Below, one piece after another: positions 1 to 12,513 of a stretch of DNA of 64,000 nucleotides (position 1 is its first letter; every line of letters starts with the position of its first letter). The stretch lies in assembly GCA_029260905.1 (NCBI GenBank), contig JAJDCH010000016.1, positions 2,985 through 66,984 on the forward strand. The letters are read 5' to 3'. This DNA comes from Candidatus Levyibacteriota bacterium (GTDB taxonomy: Bacteria; Patescibacteriota; Microgenomatia; Levybacterales; UBA12049). The position numbers were made by a program, and so were the translations under genes. The notes under the pieces are model-generated. The model was given only the letters and a program-made list of their open reading frames with translations. It did not search any database and was not told where the DNA came from.

Positions 1-49
1 AGATTACTCCTAATTGACTTTGTGATAAGAATATGATAATTTTGACTCG

Positions 50-1021
50 ATGATTAATGTTTCATATAACTTTTCACCCTATCTTCTGTCTCAACTGAAA
101 AAAATTCAGGATATAAATCGTGAAATTTTACTTTATCCACTTTCAGCCAAAACAGAACTTCGATTAAGATTTGTAGCTACCGTGAAAAGAATAAAATTAG
201 GATTGATGGAAGATGGATTGGAGATAACAGAGCGAGAAATAATAAATACCCTAAAAAATGCAATTTACATATCAGGAAGAAACTCAAAGCAAGATAAAAT
301 TTCAGAAAGACATGAGATTATTTTGTCTTATAAAAATGGACTTGATTATCTCAAAAGTAACTGGACCGTAACCAACGACTTAATTACTACAAAAGATATC
401 TTAAAGATACATAGTATATCTTCAAAACACAAATTGAAGATAAGTGAAAACGAATTAGGGAAGTTGCTAAAATATCTTGCTTCTTCAACCGATAGTCCGA
501 TTATTCAGTCAGCAATTGTGAAAATGGTAATTTTTGATTTTTTGAAAAGAGCAGGTAGCGAAAAAAAATTATCAAACATTGCGTCATATATTTTTCTACA
601 TAGAGAAGGCTTGGATTTTAGAGGGCAGTTGATTTTGGAGAGAATTTGGGTCAACGAAATGTCCAACTTTGAAGATCACTACAAAAGGTTTATCGTATCA
701 GGCAACATAACAAATTGGCTTGAGAATTTTTCTTATAAAATTGCAGAACAACTAAGTGAAGTGCTTGATTACATGAAGAAAGAAACTGAGAGTTTAAAGA
801 CCGATAGAAAACAGTCAAAATCAATCACTGATCTTACTGCAAGACAAATGCAGATAATCTCTCTTCTTGATGCCCCACAATCAGTGATAACTAATCGTGA
901 TGTGCAGAAATATTTTGGCATCTCACAAATAACTGCATCAAGAGATCTTGCCAAGATGAATATGCTTGGTCTTCTTCTTGTTCACGGAAAAGGCAGATCA
1001 GTAAGATATACTAAAGTATAG
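50..1021 (+). CDS. Fic-family-like protein with C-terminal winged HTH; catalytic Fic motif degenerate
   Basis: Fic-like N-terminus, 'PIIQSAIV' helix before the expected motif position, C-terminal 'ITNRDVQKYFGISQITASRDLAKM...GKGRSVRY' HTH; no HPFxDGNGR. Confidence 0.65.
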   Translation: MINVSYNFSPYLLSQLKKIQDINREILLYPLSAKTELRLRFVATVKRIKLGLMEDGLEITEREIINTLKNAIYISGRNSKQDKISERHEIILSYKNGLDYLKSNWTVTNDLITTKDILKIHSISSKHKLKISENELGKLLKYLASSTDSPIIQSAIVKMVIFDFLKRAGSEKKLSNIASYIFLHREGLDFRGQLILERIWVNEMSNFEDHYKRFIVSGNITNWLENFSYKIAEQLSEVLDYMKKETESLKTDRKQSKSITDLTARQMQIISLLDAPQSVITNRDVQKYFGISQITASRDLAKMNMLGLLLVHGKGRSVRYTKV

Positions 1022-1032
1022 TTTGTATGTAT

Positions 1033-1293
1033 TTATTCTCCTGTGTCTATGCCAATGAGGATTTTTACTGAATCTTCTTCCACCTTCATGATTCCAGTTT
1101 CAACTGGCATGGTTATTTCTTTCTCTCCCTCCAAATGAATTGTTAGAACTTCTTTAATGATTGTTATGAAATTGCTGTGATAGGGTAGTACATCAAATTT
1201 CCCTTTTTGGTTCTTGGATGTGACTGCTAGCGCCTGTCCCTCAAAACTGGTTTTTTTTGGATCTTTGACTGAAACATTAAGTAAATTATTCAT
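1033..1293 (-). CDS. atpC: F1 ATPase epsilon subunit, N-terminal beta-sandwich only
   Basis: 'GKFDVLPYHSNFIT...GIMKV' motif; directly downstream of atpD; 86 aa. Confidence 0.8.
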   Translation of the reverse strand: MNNLLNVSVKDPKKTSFEGQALAVTSKNQKGKFDVLPYHSNFITIIKEVLTIHLEGEKEITMPVETGIMKVEEDSVKILIGIDTGE

Positions 1294-1322
1294 CGTGATA
1301 GATACTAAAATGTAGGCTATTT

Positions 1323-3597
<2,275 letters not shown>

Positions 3598-3627
3598 AAT
3601 CTAGATGTATTTATTATTTATTATTTA

Positions 3628-5094
3628 TTATGTCGCCATTTTCATAATTTGTTCTTTTTTTTCTCCAACAACCCTTAAAAGATCATTAAAGGTTTCTACT
3701 TTTATAACTGATGATAAAAAATCATGATTTTGCTGATTTTGGTAGGCAATAAGAAGCTTGCTTCTGGTTTTTTCAATTTCATCAACTGTATTTATGACAT
3801 TTAGCCAAATTAACGATAAAACGATCAGATAAACTTCTTTGGGAAGAGTAAGTCCTGTATCCTGATTAAAAAAGAGTTGGATTTTTTCGCCAATCATAAA
3901 TGTTGCTTTTGCAGATGATGAAAGTTCTGACCCAAAATGAGACAGTGATTCCACTTTTTGATAAACAGAAAAAAGTGATGTGAGTTCGCGATTTATATTT
4001 TTCATTAACATGTCTTGTGTTTGTTTGCCAACACGGGTAACCGAAAGCGGAATATTGATCGCAGGACGTTGACCTTTTGCATAGACATTGCCATCAAAAA
4101 ATAAATGTCCATCAGTTATGCTCATTAGATTTGAAACAATATAGCCTGAGAGATCTGCTTCTTGGGTTTCAACAATCGGCAAGCAGGATATTGAAGTGTC
4201 TTGAATGCCTTTTTGCATTTTGAAGTTTCCTGCGCGTTCGAGAAGTTTTGCATGAATGTGAAAAATATTTCCAGGATATGAATCACGTCCTGGGAATGTT
4301 TCAGCAAGCAGTGAAAATTCTCTATAAAATTTGGCATGAGTCAGTAGATCATCCATCACAACTATCACATTTCTACCCTGGTCCCTGAAATATTCGGCAA
4401 GCGTCATGGCAGTATAGGGCGTCAAGTAGATAAGAGCAGGGGAGTCAAAAGCAGTTGTCGCGATGATTGTCATGTTTTTACGGATTTCAGGATCATCATA
4501 CATAAATGATTCAAGTGCTTTGATATCTGATTTTTTCTTACCAATTGCAGCAAAAATTGCGATCGAACCCTGTTGGATCTGATTTTTGATCACAGATAGG
4601 ACAAAAGAGCTTTTGCCTGTTTTTCTATCACCAAGAATGAGTTGTTTTTGTCCCTGACCAAGAGGGACGACAATATCGACAATCGACATTCCCGTATCAA
4701 GAGGTTTTGTAATTTTTGCTCTGTGCGCGATACTTGGCGGATCTGAGTCAATGATTCTTGCAGAATCAGTAGCTGGTGTTTCGTCTTTTGAGGATATTGG
4801 AGCACCAAAAGGATTAAGCATTTTTCCAAGCATTTGTTCGCCAGTTGGAATTACTAGGTTTTGGCCGATGCGACAGATTTTTGTACCTGTTTTAACAGCA
4901 GAAGGTGAAAAAAGCATGATCTTTGCAGTGTCTACTCCAAGACTTAACACTTGCCCCATTTCACCTGATTCAAAGACAACAACCTCATCAAGCTTGACAC
5001 TTGGTAGACCTATTGCTTCAATGATCGGGTATTTTATTTGTGTTACTTCACCATATTCTTTATATTTGTCGTAGTAATATTGATAGTTATTCAT
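3628..5094 (-). CDS. atpA: F1 ATPase alpha subunit
   Basis: GDRKTGKS, EYFRDQG, PGRDSYPG, SITDG, SVTRVG. Confidence 0.95.
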   Translation of the reverse strand: MNNYQYYYDKYKEYGEVTQIKYPIIEAIGLPSVKLDEVVVFESGEMGQVLSLGVDTAKIMLFSPSAVKTGTKICRIGQNLVIPTGEQMLGKMLNPFGAPISSKDETPATDSARIIDSDPPSIAHRAKITKPLDTGMSIVDIVVPLGQGQKQLILGDRKTGKSSFVLSVIKNQIQQGSIAIFAAIGKKKSDIKALESFMYDDPEIRKNMTIIATTAFDSPALIYLTPYTAMTLAEYFRDQGRNVIVVMDDLLTHAKFYREFSLLAETFPGRDSYPGNIFHIHAKLLERAGNFKMQKGIQDTSISCLPIVETQEADLSGYIVSNLMSITDGHLFFDGNVYAKGQRPAINIPLSVTRVGKQTQDMLMKNINRELTSLFSVYQKVESLSHFGSELSSSAKATFMIGEKIQLFFNQDTGLTLPKEVYLIVLSLIWLNVINTVDEIEKTRSKLLIAYQNQQNHDFLSSVIKVETFNDLLRVVGEKKEQIMKMAT

Positions 5095-5103
5095 ATTTTT
5101 AGC

Positions 5104-5571
5104 TTAGAGCTGAACCTCTTCGAGTTTGCTTTTTAGAGAGTAGTCATTGGCTCGTCCACCAAAACTTACGATTCCTCCAGCAATCAATGATTCATCAATT
5201 GAAAGATCAAGAACAACAAGCTTTCCATAATTATTGATAAACCATTCATGAATACTTTTTACTGTTTCAATACTTGGGTCAATTGCAAGAATTAGATGGA
5301 CAACAGGGGTTTCTGAAATTGTTTTTTGAAGTTCCTGAAAAAAAGGTTCAAGGCTCACAACATCATTTAAATTGATGCCTGAATTCTCTGCTGTTTTTAA
5401 AATTGCTTTACCTTCCTCATATCCTGTGTTTTGTTCAATTACTGTTTTGGGCTCAAGTCCATTTTTAAAAATTTTTTCAGATAGGCTCTCAATTTTTACC
5501 AGCAACTCATTGATATCTGATTTGGAGTTAAGAAAATTTTGAAGCGGAGTCAGGTCGATAGTTTGTTTCAT
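5104..5571 (-). CDS. atpH: F1 ATPase delta/OSCP-like subunit
   Basis: C-terminal 'IDESLIAGGIVSFGG..DYSLKSKL' delta motif; directly upstream of atpA. Confidence 0.75.
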   Translation of the reverse strand: MKQTIDLTPLQNFLNSKSDINELLVKIESLSEKIFKNGLEPKTVIEQNTGYEEGKAILKTAENSGINLNDVVSLEPFFQELQKTISETPVVHLILAIDPSIETVKSIHEWFINNYGKLVVLDLSIDESLIAGGIVSFGGRANDYSLKSKLEEVQL

Positions 5572-6254
5572 AATTTTAATATCTCGTCTTTTTTTGCATC
5601 TTCAAGGCTTTTTACGATTAATTCATGATGAAGAGTATCAGGTATACTTTTTTTTAGAACCTCAAGATATACTTTTTTGACCAAAGCGCTTGTTTGCGAA
5701 TCGATTTTATCGAGTTGGGATTTTCTGTATTCCTCAACATCTTTTTCGACTTGGTTCATAAGCTCTTTTCTTTTCTTTTCAATTATTTCTTGTGTTTTTG
5801 CGCTTCCACTTGAAAGCTCAGACGTAAATTCTTCAAGCGATTTCTGATAATTATTTTGTATATCTTGTATCATTTTCTGCATAGTTTGATACATTTCTTG
5901 TTTGGTTTTTTGAAGCTCTGATTCATAGTCTTTTTCAAAACCAGAAGTAGCACTTTTCATATTGTGTATTTGTTTTTCAGCAATTGATTGAAGAATTTTA
6001 TCTGTTTGAATTTCAATCTGTTCGTTGGTTTTTCTTGAATCATTCAATAAATTTGCAGCAGCTTTTCCAGTATCTGATAATAGGCTTTTTGCATGATCTT
6101 TTGCATCGCTCAGAACACTATCATAAGTTGATTTATCTTGATCTTTGGAGTGAATATATTTCTCCTCCCGTTTGAGAATAATATAGATAAAAATTGTTGC
6201 GCATATCAAGATGATAATAGCAATTAGCGATAGTAGTGTATTTGTTTCAATCAT
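5568..6254 (-). CDS. Subunit b-like peripheral stalk protein (single TM plus long coiled coil)
   Basis: N-terminal TM helix, charged helical remainder, overlaps the atpH start, occupies the atpF position. Confidence 0.6.
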   Translation of the reverse strand: MIETNTLLSLIAIIILICATIFIYIILKREEKYIHSKDQDKSTYDSVLSDAKDHAKSLLSDTGKAAANLLNDSRKTNEQIEIQTDKILQSIAEKQIHNMKSATSGFEKDYESELQKTKQEMYQTMQKMIQDIQNNYQKSLEEFTSELSSGSAKTQEIIEKKRKELMNQVEKDVEEYRKSQLDKIDSQTSALVKKVYLEVLKKSIPDTLHHELIVKSLEDAKKDEILKL

Positions 6255-6265
6255 ATGTATATCTC

Positions 6266-7090
6266 TTATAATCTTAGCACAATATATGCAAGTCCAATAC
6301 CAACTATAATAACAATTATAATCAGGAAAACATTAAAAACAATTGAAAGTTGAATCATATGTCCAGCCAGCGGATTTCTACCAAGCGCTTCAATTCCTGT
6401 ATTGACAGCTTTTGCAAAAATAAGAAAACCCACTACAAATGAAGAGATGATGATTACTGTTGCTACAACATATCTAAGTACTGTTGATGGGTCTTCATAG
6501 CTGGCAATTGCGGTTAGATTAAGAATATTCTTAAAAGAATTTGAAGTGCTTGATCCAACTTGCTGAAAATGCAGATTAAGTGTCACAAGAACAAGATCGC
6601 TATCCTTTTCTGTTTTTGATTGAGAATCTGATAGAGCTTGCCCAAGGACAAAGCCCGACCTGTCTGCTTTCATTCCTGATCCAGGTATCTCAGAGGTTGT
6701 AATGAAATCGTCTTTTTTAATCTGTCCATTTATACCTGAAACTCGTACATAAACAGTTCCTACATTTACAACCGGTGTGCCTTCTTGACCTGATGTTTTG
6801 AGTGAAATCGCAGGATTTTTGGTTACAACGCCTACGACTTGTGGATCATAGGGTTTGTTGGCGAGAAAGTATCCATCATTTGAGGATATGATTATAGCTC
6901 CATCTTTTACGCTCTCTCCCTCAACTGGTAGATAGCTTGCAATCCCCACTGATGAGAGCTGGGCATGGGCATTACCGATAGGAAATATCAGCAATAAGCA
7001 ATAAGCAATAAGCAATAGGATAAGAGAAGATAACTTTTTAAAGCTAAAAGCTGATAACTGATAGCTGATTTTGGGCAGTAATTTTTTCAC
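6266..7090 (-). CDS. Membrane protein: signal peptide, extracytoplasmic beta domain and C-terminal subunit-c-like hairpin
   Basis: Signal ending AHA|Q; C-terminal TM-'GIEALGRNP'-TM resembles the c-subunit polar loop; occupies the atpE position. Confidence 0.6.
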   Translation of the reverse strand: MKKLLPKISYQLSAFSFKKLSSLILLLIAYCLLLIFPIGNAHAQLSSVGIASYLPVEGESVKDGAIIISSNDGYFLANKPYDPQVVGVVTKNPAISLKTSGQEGTPVVNVGTVYVRVSGINGQIKKDDFITTSEIPGSGMKADRSGFVLGQALSDSQSKTEKDSDLVLVTLNLHFQQVGSSTSNSFKNILNLTAIASYEDPSTVLRYVVATVIIISSFVVGFLIFAKAVNTGIEALGRNPLAGHMIQLSIVFNVFLIIIVIIVGIGLAYIVLRL

Positions 7091-7265
7091 GACAGAAAAC
7101 CGCCTTTTGCAGGCTTAATTTAAGTCTGCCACAGGACAAGATTTTTGTAAAGGGTTTTTGTAATAAATAGCAGTTTGATTAAAGAGATTTTGTCTTGATT
7201 AAATTTATTAAAGTCTTTAGGCATTTATTACCGACTTCTTTTAGGTTTGGTGATATATTCTTTTC

Positions 7266-7424
7266 ATGGTTGATCTTGTGCCAAATTGTGAGAGTTGTCC
7301 GTTTGTTGAAGCATTAATGGTTAATGCAACAAAGAAGAAGGTTTTGATTGGCAAAACTAAGGCGCATGGCTGCTATAGAAAAATAATCGGAACAGCTAAG
7401 TTTTTTTGCCAAAAGATAATTTAA
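7266..7424 (+). CDS. Small Cys-rich hypothetical protein (52 aa)
   Basis: Hand-translated MVDLVPNCESCPF...HGCY...FFCQKII; TG-n-TATATT just upstream. Confidence 0.4.
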   Translation: MVDLVPNCESCPFVEALMVNATKKKVLIGKTKAHGCYRKIIGTAKFFCQKII

Positions 7425-7437
7425 TATACCTTTTGAT

Positions 7438-8808
7438 CTATTTGAGTCCTATTGTGTAGAGGGTGGGGAGGACATTGAGATTGCCAAGATTTGTCAGGAT
7501 GACGAGCTTGGATCCATCAGTCCATGGGGCAACGAAGTTTTTGATAAATGGTCCTGCAAAAATTGTGGTCAGATTTGCTCCGTCATCCTCAACGATTTCT
7601 ATTTTTCTATCATTCACATAAATCAGATGATCTGAATCAGGAAACCAGGTAAAGGGATTTTCGATTGAGTCTTTTTCTTGACATATTTTTTCAGAAGCTT
7701 GAGCTGGGTCTTCCTCTTCAGGAACAGGTGTTTCGCTTACGCTTGGTGCGATTCCCGATCTGTTTGGCAAGCAAATAGGATTTGTAGTATCAATTATCCG
7801 AGTATTGAAATCTTCAGTTGTGTTATAGACATAAATCGCGTTTTCTGTGAGATCGCGTCTTTCATAAAGCCAGTTGTTTCCGATTCTTCTGGGAGTTGCA
7901 AATACAGGCATCTCAGCATTTGCGCTTGCCTGGTAAAGAATCTTTTTTTCATCAGGCGACCAGGAGATTATTTTGAAATTTTTCTTTGCATATTCACGGA
8001 CTTTAGGTTTAAGAGAATTTATTCTAGCCTCAAAAAGTTCTTGTTCAAGATTCTCCCAATCTTCTTTCAGTGTTGTTACAGTTGCTGTTATATCTCGAGG
8101 GGCATCATTGAATGATTCAATATTGAGTAAATATTCAGCAGGTCCAGCAACGCCGTTTGTTATGCTTGCAAGGATTTGCTTTCCATCAGGCGACCAGGTG
8201 ATTTTGGCTTGGGACAGATTGTCAACCGTATCATCAACGATTTGTGAGCCTGAGCCAGGGCCGGTAAGAATAGGAATTGCTCTGGGTTCCATTTTTAGTA
8301 CGTATATCCCGTTTTTCTTAATTCCTGATTCCGAAGCTATTCTAAATGCCAGTTTTGTACCTGATGGATCAACTGTAGCCTCTTCAACTCCAAGTGTTGA
8401 AATGCTTTGAAGAGTAGGCGCTTTGGGAAAGAGAAGCGCCTCAATATTGGCAACAACCTCTTCTTGAATTTGAACATCTTTATAGTAGGAATTGTAGCCA
8501 TCTTTTCCGATTGTGACTTTGTATTTTGTAGGAGTGAGATTAATGCTGTTGTTTGTGGCTGTTGTGAGGTGGTCATCGATCCAGACATTGGCGCCAGTTG
8601 GGATGCTTGTTAGGTGAAGAATTCCTGTTCGAGATACTGATGGTGTTCCTTGTTCGAGGCTAAGTCTAAACCCAGATCCATAAAGAACTGCGATAGCTGT
8701 TCCTGTCAGAAGAACTGCGAATACAAAAAGATATGTCAGGATCTGACGGCGAATTCTTTTTTTGGGCTTTGGTGTGTGATGATCTTTGATCTTAGTATCT
8801 TTCTCCAT
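7438..8808 (-). CDS. Membrane-anchored PEGA-domain protein with TolB-like beta-propeller
   Basis: TM, 'TGILHLTSIPTGANVWID' PEGA, repeated WSPDG/WFPDS blades. Confidence 0.8.
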   Translation of the reverse strand: MEKDTKIKDHHTPKPKKRIRRQILTYLFVFAVLLTGTAIAVLYGSGFRLSLEQGTPSVSRTGILHLTSIPTGANVWIDDHLTTATNNSINLTPTKYKVTIGKDGYNSYYKDVQIQEEVVANIEALLFPKAPTLQSISTLGVEEATVDPSGTKLAFRIASESGIKKNGIYVLKMEPRAIPILTGPGSGSQIVDDTVDNLSQAKITWSPDGKQILASITNGVAGPAEYLLNIESFNDAPRDITATVTTLKEDWENLEQELFEARINSLKPKVREYAKKNFKIISWSPDEKKILYQASANAEMPVFATPRRIGNNWLYERRDLTENAIYVYNTTEDFNTRIIDTTNPICLPNRSGIAPSVSETPVPEEEDPAQASEKICQEKDSIENPFTWFPDSDHLIYVNDRKIEIVEDDGANLTTIFAGPFIKNFVAPWTDGSKLVILTNLGNLNVLPTLYTIGLK

Positions 8809-8942
8809 AAATACAATGTAGATTGATTATAGTCTCTCAAACAACCCCTTGCAACTACCACTACCACTTTCTATAATGGAATGAAGTGAGCCTAAAACAA
8901 AAATTGATATAGAAATGAAATGGTTTGATATATTTTAATTTT

Positions 8943-9968
8943 ATGGATTTCAAATTTCCATCCACCAAAAGAATAGGGATAGATCTTGGGACAGCCAATA
9001 CTTTGGTTTATGTTGTCGGAGAGGGAATAGTGCTAAACGAACCATCAGTTGTAGCTGTTACTGCAGAGGAAAATAGAGTTGTTGCAGTTGGTCATGATGC
9101 CAAAAACATGCTTGGAAGAACGCCAGGTAATGTGGTTGCGCTTAGACCGCTTAGAGACGGTGTGATTGCGGATTACACTATAACTGAGGCTATGCTTTCC
9201 TATTTTATAGATAAAGTTTGTGGTAGAGCTAGGTTTTTCAAACCTGAAGTTATGGTTTGTATACCATCTGGTGTTACCCAGGTTGAAAGGCGAGCGGTTT
9301 TGGATGCGACTATGTCAGCTGGGGCGAAAATTGCATATCTTATTGATGAGCCACTCGCTGCAGCAATTGGTGCTAGAATTCCCATAGCCCAGGCTGAGGG
9401 ACACATGATAGTAAATATTGGTGGAGGCTCAACCGAATCTGCTGTTATTTCGCTTGGCGGAGTGGTGGTTCATAGTTCAGTTCGGGTCGCAGGAAATAAG
9501 ACTGATGAGGCAATTGCAGCCTATGCAAAGAGAAAGTTTAACCTTTTAATAGGTGAAACAACGAGCGAGACTATTAAAATTACAATTGGCAATGCAGTTG
9601 TTCCCACAGGAAAAGAGTTAAAAACAATGGAGGTGAGAGGGAGGGATAATATAACTGGACTACCACGAACTATTGTACTTGATGAAGCACAGGTCAATGA
9701 AGCAATTCTTCCATCTTTGTTGGAGATTATAAAGGGAGTAAAAGAGGTTCTTGAGCAGTGCCCGCCGGAGTTGGCATCAGATATTATTGATAAGGGAATT
9801 GTTATGTCGGGTGGATCCTCACTTCTTCGAAATATAGATAAGTTGATGACTGAAAAAACAGGCGTTCCATGTCATGTTGCAGAAGATGCGCTTCTCTGCG
9901 TTGCAAAGGGAACAGGTGTTGCGATGGAAAATATTGAGCTTTATAAGAGAAGTATAAATAAAAAATAA
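8943..9968 (+). CDS. mreB: Rod shape-determining protein MreB/Mbl (stand-alone paralog)
   Basis: IGIDLGTANT, EPSVVA, RPLRDGVIAD, IGGG. Confidence 0.95.
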   Translation: MDFKFPSTKRIGIDLGTANTLVYVVGEGIVLNEPSVVAVTAEENRVVAVGHDAKNMLGRTPGNVVALRPLRDGVIADYTITEAMLSYFIDKVCGRARFFKPEVMVCIPSGVTQVERRAVLDATMSAGAKIAYLIDEPLAAAIGARIPIAQAEGHMIVNIGGGSTESAVISLGGVVVHSSVRVAGNKTDEAIAAYAKRKFNLLIGETTSETIKITIGNAVVPTGKELKTMEVRGRDNITGLPRTIVLDEAQVNEAILPSLLEIIKGVKEVLEQCPPELASDIIDKGIVMSGGSSLLRNIDKLMTEKTGVPCHVAEDALLCVAKGTGVAMENIELYKRSINKK

Positions 9969-10265
9969 TTTAGCAAAAAGGGTAAAAGTGTGAGGGTAAA
10001 GATTTTTTTCAAAAGTTTGGTTAATAAGTCTAAAATGACCTGTAGAAGTAAGTATTTATATTTCATTTTTGGATAAATGTAAGAAAAAAGTTTTTTATTT
10101 CACAAAATGTAAGAACTTAGAGAAGTAAATTTTAATTTTCTAAACGTATTAAACAATATTGAATCCAGACTATAATTTATGTGCGTGAATATTGCATAAT
10201 ATTTTTATACTAAAATTTAAATTTAGAGTAATCGATCATTCACTAAAAGCATTTTATAGTAATTT

Positions 10266-11039
10266 GTGAATATGTTAAATAAAACAAAATACTTTGGAAT
10301 AAACATTACTACAGATCCTCAGAAAAATATCTTGGAGTATGTGATAAAATCAATTAAGAACAGGGATAAATTTTACATTGTCACCCCAAATCCCGAATTA
10401 GTTGTAATTGCAACACATGACAAGGAATATAGAGATGTCTTAAATCAGGCACGAATTTCACTCCCTGATGGTGCAGGACTAGTGATAGCAAGTGGAATTA
10501 TGGGTAATCCTATCCAAGAACGAATAACCGGGGTTGATTTTATGCAAGATCTCTGTAAAGAGGCATCTGAAAATGCCTTGTCCATAGGCTTACTTGGTGC
10601 AGGATCGGGAATAGCAGAAAGAGCAGCTGAGTGCTTGAAAAAATCATATCCTAATCTTAAAATTTCTTATATTTCAGAAGAATGGGGTGGAATAAAAAAT
10701 GGCAAATGGCAAATAGCAAATGGCAAAAATAAGTCAGATGCCATAAGTCATAAGCAAGACACCGATGTCATAGATATCCTCTTCGTTGCTTTTGGTTCTC
10801 CCAAGCAGGAGAAGTGGATTTATGAAAATCTGGATAAATTACCAATCAGGGTTGCTATGGGAGTAGGGGGGGCGTTTGATTTTATATCTGGAAATGTTCG
10901 TCGTGCGCCTTTCTTGATTAGATTTTTGGGTTTTGAATGGTTGTATCGTCTGATTCGTGAGCCTTGGCGTTTTCGTCGCCAACTCGCCCTTTTGGAGTTT
11001 GTAAAGATAGTTTTTAGGGAGAGGTTTGGGAAAAAATAG
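10266..11039 (+). CDS. WecB/TagA/CpsF family glycosyltransferase
   Basis: VTPNPE, PDG, RITGVDF, AFGSPKQEKWI, GVGGAFDF, EWLYRL. Confidence 0.92.
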   Translation: MNMLNKTKYFGINITTDPQKNILEYVIKSIKNRDKFYIVTPNPELVVIATHDKEYRDVLNQARISLPDGAGLVIASGIMGNPIQERITGVDFMQDLCKEASENALSIGLLGAGSGIAERAAECLKKSYPNLKISYISEEWGGIKNGKWQIANGKNKSDAISHKQDTDVIDILFVAFGSPKQEKWIYENLDKLPIRVAMGVGGAFDFISGNVRRAPFLIRFLGFEWLYRLIREPWRFRRQLALLEFVKIVFRERFGKK

Positions 11040-11053
11040 TAATATGTTTGTTC

Positions 11054-12124
11054 TTACTTCATAAGACCCAGTGCTCCTTTAATAGAGCTATCTGGGATTT
11101 TTTTGAAGCTGATTTTGTTTTTGGGTACTCCAATTTCTTTAAGTTTTTTCTCCATGTTTTCTTGATAATTCCAACCATTCCAAAAAAGTGAACCCTCTGT
11201 GATGAGAGTTAGCTCTTCAGACTTATTTAGAAATTCATAAATAGCTGAAATTGTAGAAGCAACCAGGCTTGCTGATCTTGTTAATATTTCTCTAGCTAGA
11301 TCTCCTGATTTTGTTTTGTCATCATAAGCCAACTGACTCATTGATTTACTGTTTGATATGTTTTGTATATTCAAACCATATCTTTCTACAACAAAATTGT
11401 AGATTAGCCAGAGGTAGTTTCCTGAGAGCATTTTTTCAAATCTATTTATACCTTTGTTTTCTGATTTGCTGTCGATTTCTTCAAGTATCTTATCAGATTC
11501 AAATTTATCGAAATTGCCAGCCTCGAGGTTAATGATATGTGTTTTGTGCTCATTGATTATTCTGAGACTGATGTTAAACCCACTGCCAAGAACCATCCCG
11601 CCTGATTCCTGACCTGATCCAGAAAGCGCGAGACAAATCGTGTCGTTGGCAACTGATACAGGGATTTCTTTTTCAAATTTAGCAAAGTATGTTTTTTTGA
11701 CAAATTCTCCGAGGTTTTGACCAACCAATCCTTTAAAAGCGTGTTCCTTGGTACCGTTTATGAGCCTGCCGTCTAAGAGATTGTCTTCGTTTATGATTGG
11801 GGAGATGGGATAGGCAAAATTAAGAGCAAGAGCGCTAATATCAGGTTCAAAAACCGATAATAGAAATTTTTCAAAATCGGTTGCGGTATTAAAAATAGGA
11901 AGCGATCCCTGGGTTCTTTTGGTAAGGTTGCCATCAGTAGGAGTTGCAGATACGAAGTTGCTTCCGCCTACTACAATTGCTTGAAAAGGGTTTTTTTCGG
12001 TTGTTTTATTTGGAAGTTCGTTTTTGATGAAAGAGACAGAGCTATCTTTACCTTTTGATGCAGCAGTTAATTCGTTTAGAAATGAAGTCTTAATTTTTTG
12101 GTAATCAGGCGTATCTAGAATCAT
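11054..12124 (-). CDS. Hexokinase-family protein
   Basis: GGSNF, LNFAYP, ANDTIC, GSGFN, NLEAGNF, RFEKMLSGNYL, EGSLF correspond to eukaryote-type hexokinase motifs. Confidence 0.8.
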   Translation of the reverse strand: MILDTPDYQKIKTSFLNELTAASKGKDSSVSFIKNELPNKTTEKNPFQAIVVGGSNFVSATPTDGNLTKRTQGSLPIFNTATDFEKFLLSVFEPDISALALNFAYPISPIINEDNLLDGRLINGTKEHAFKGLVGQNLGEFVKKTYFAKFEKEIPVSVANDTICLALSGSGQESGGMVLGSGFNISLRIINEHKTHIINLEAGNFDKFESDKILEEIDSKSENKGINRFEKMLSGNYLWLIYNFVVERYGLNIQNISNSKSMSQLAYDDKTKSGDLAREILTRSASLVASTISAIYEFLNKSEELTLITEGSLFWNGWNYQENMEKKLKEIGVPKNKISFKKIPDSSIKGALGLMK

Positions 12125-12204
12125 ATAACTTATAATTAACCATTTAGAAATTTAGCAATATTGTTACTTTACAGACCTTAAAAACTTTATGAACTAAAAT
12201 GAGT

Positions 12205-12465
12205 TTACCCGTTTTTTATTTTAAGAAAAAGGATTGTTGCTGCGAGAATAGTTGTTATGATATTGGCTATAATAATTGGTATTTCTCCAAGCAGAAATCC
12301 ATATATTGTCCAGAAAATAACACCTAGCGTAAATGCAAGATACATACCAAGGGATAAATCTTTAGTGTGCTGAGTTCTGATAGTACGGATTGCTTGAGGA
12401 AAAAAAGACAATGTTGTAAGAGTTGCAGCAATAGAACCTATTAGTGTTACAAATTCAGGTGTCAT
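12205..12465 (-). CDS. SemiSWEET (PQ-loop) sugar transporter
   Basis: 86 aa, 'TTLSFFPQ', 'TKDLSLGMY', 'W.IYG', 'PIIIAN'. Confidence 0.92.
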   Translation of the reverse strand: MTPEFVTLIGSIAATLTTLSFFPQAIRTIRTQHTKDLSLGMYLAFTLGVIFWTIYGFLLGEIPIIIANIITTILAATILFLKIKNG

Positions 12466-12513
12466 AGCTTTATTATGGAATGAGAAAGATTAAAAAGCAA
12501 GCTAGTGAAAGAA

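Noticed and set aside
9969-10265. AT-rich gap as replication origin
   Set aside because: No TTATCCACA-type DnaA box cluster seen and no dnaA nearby.
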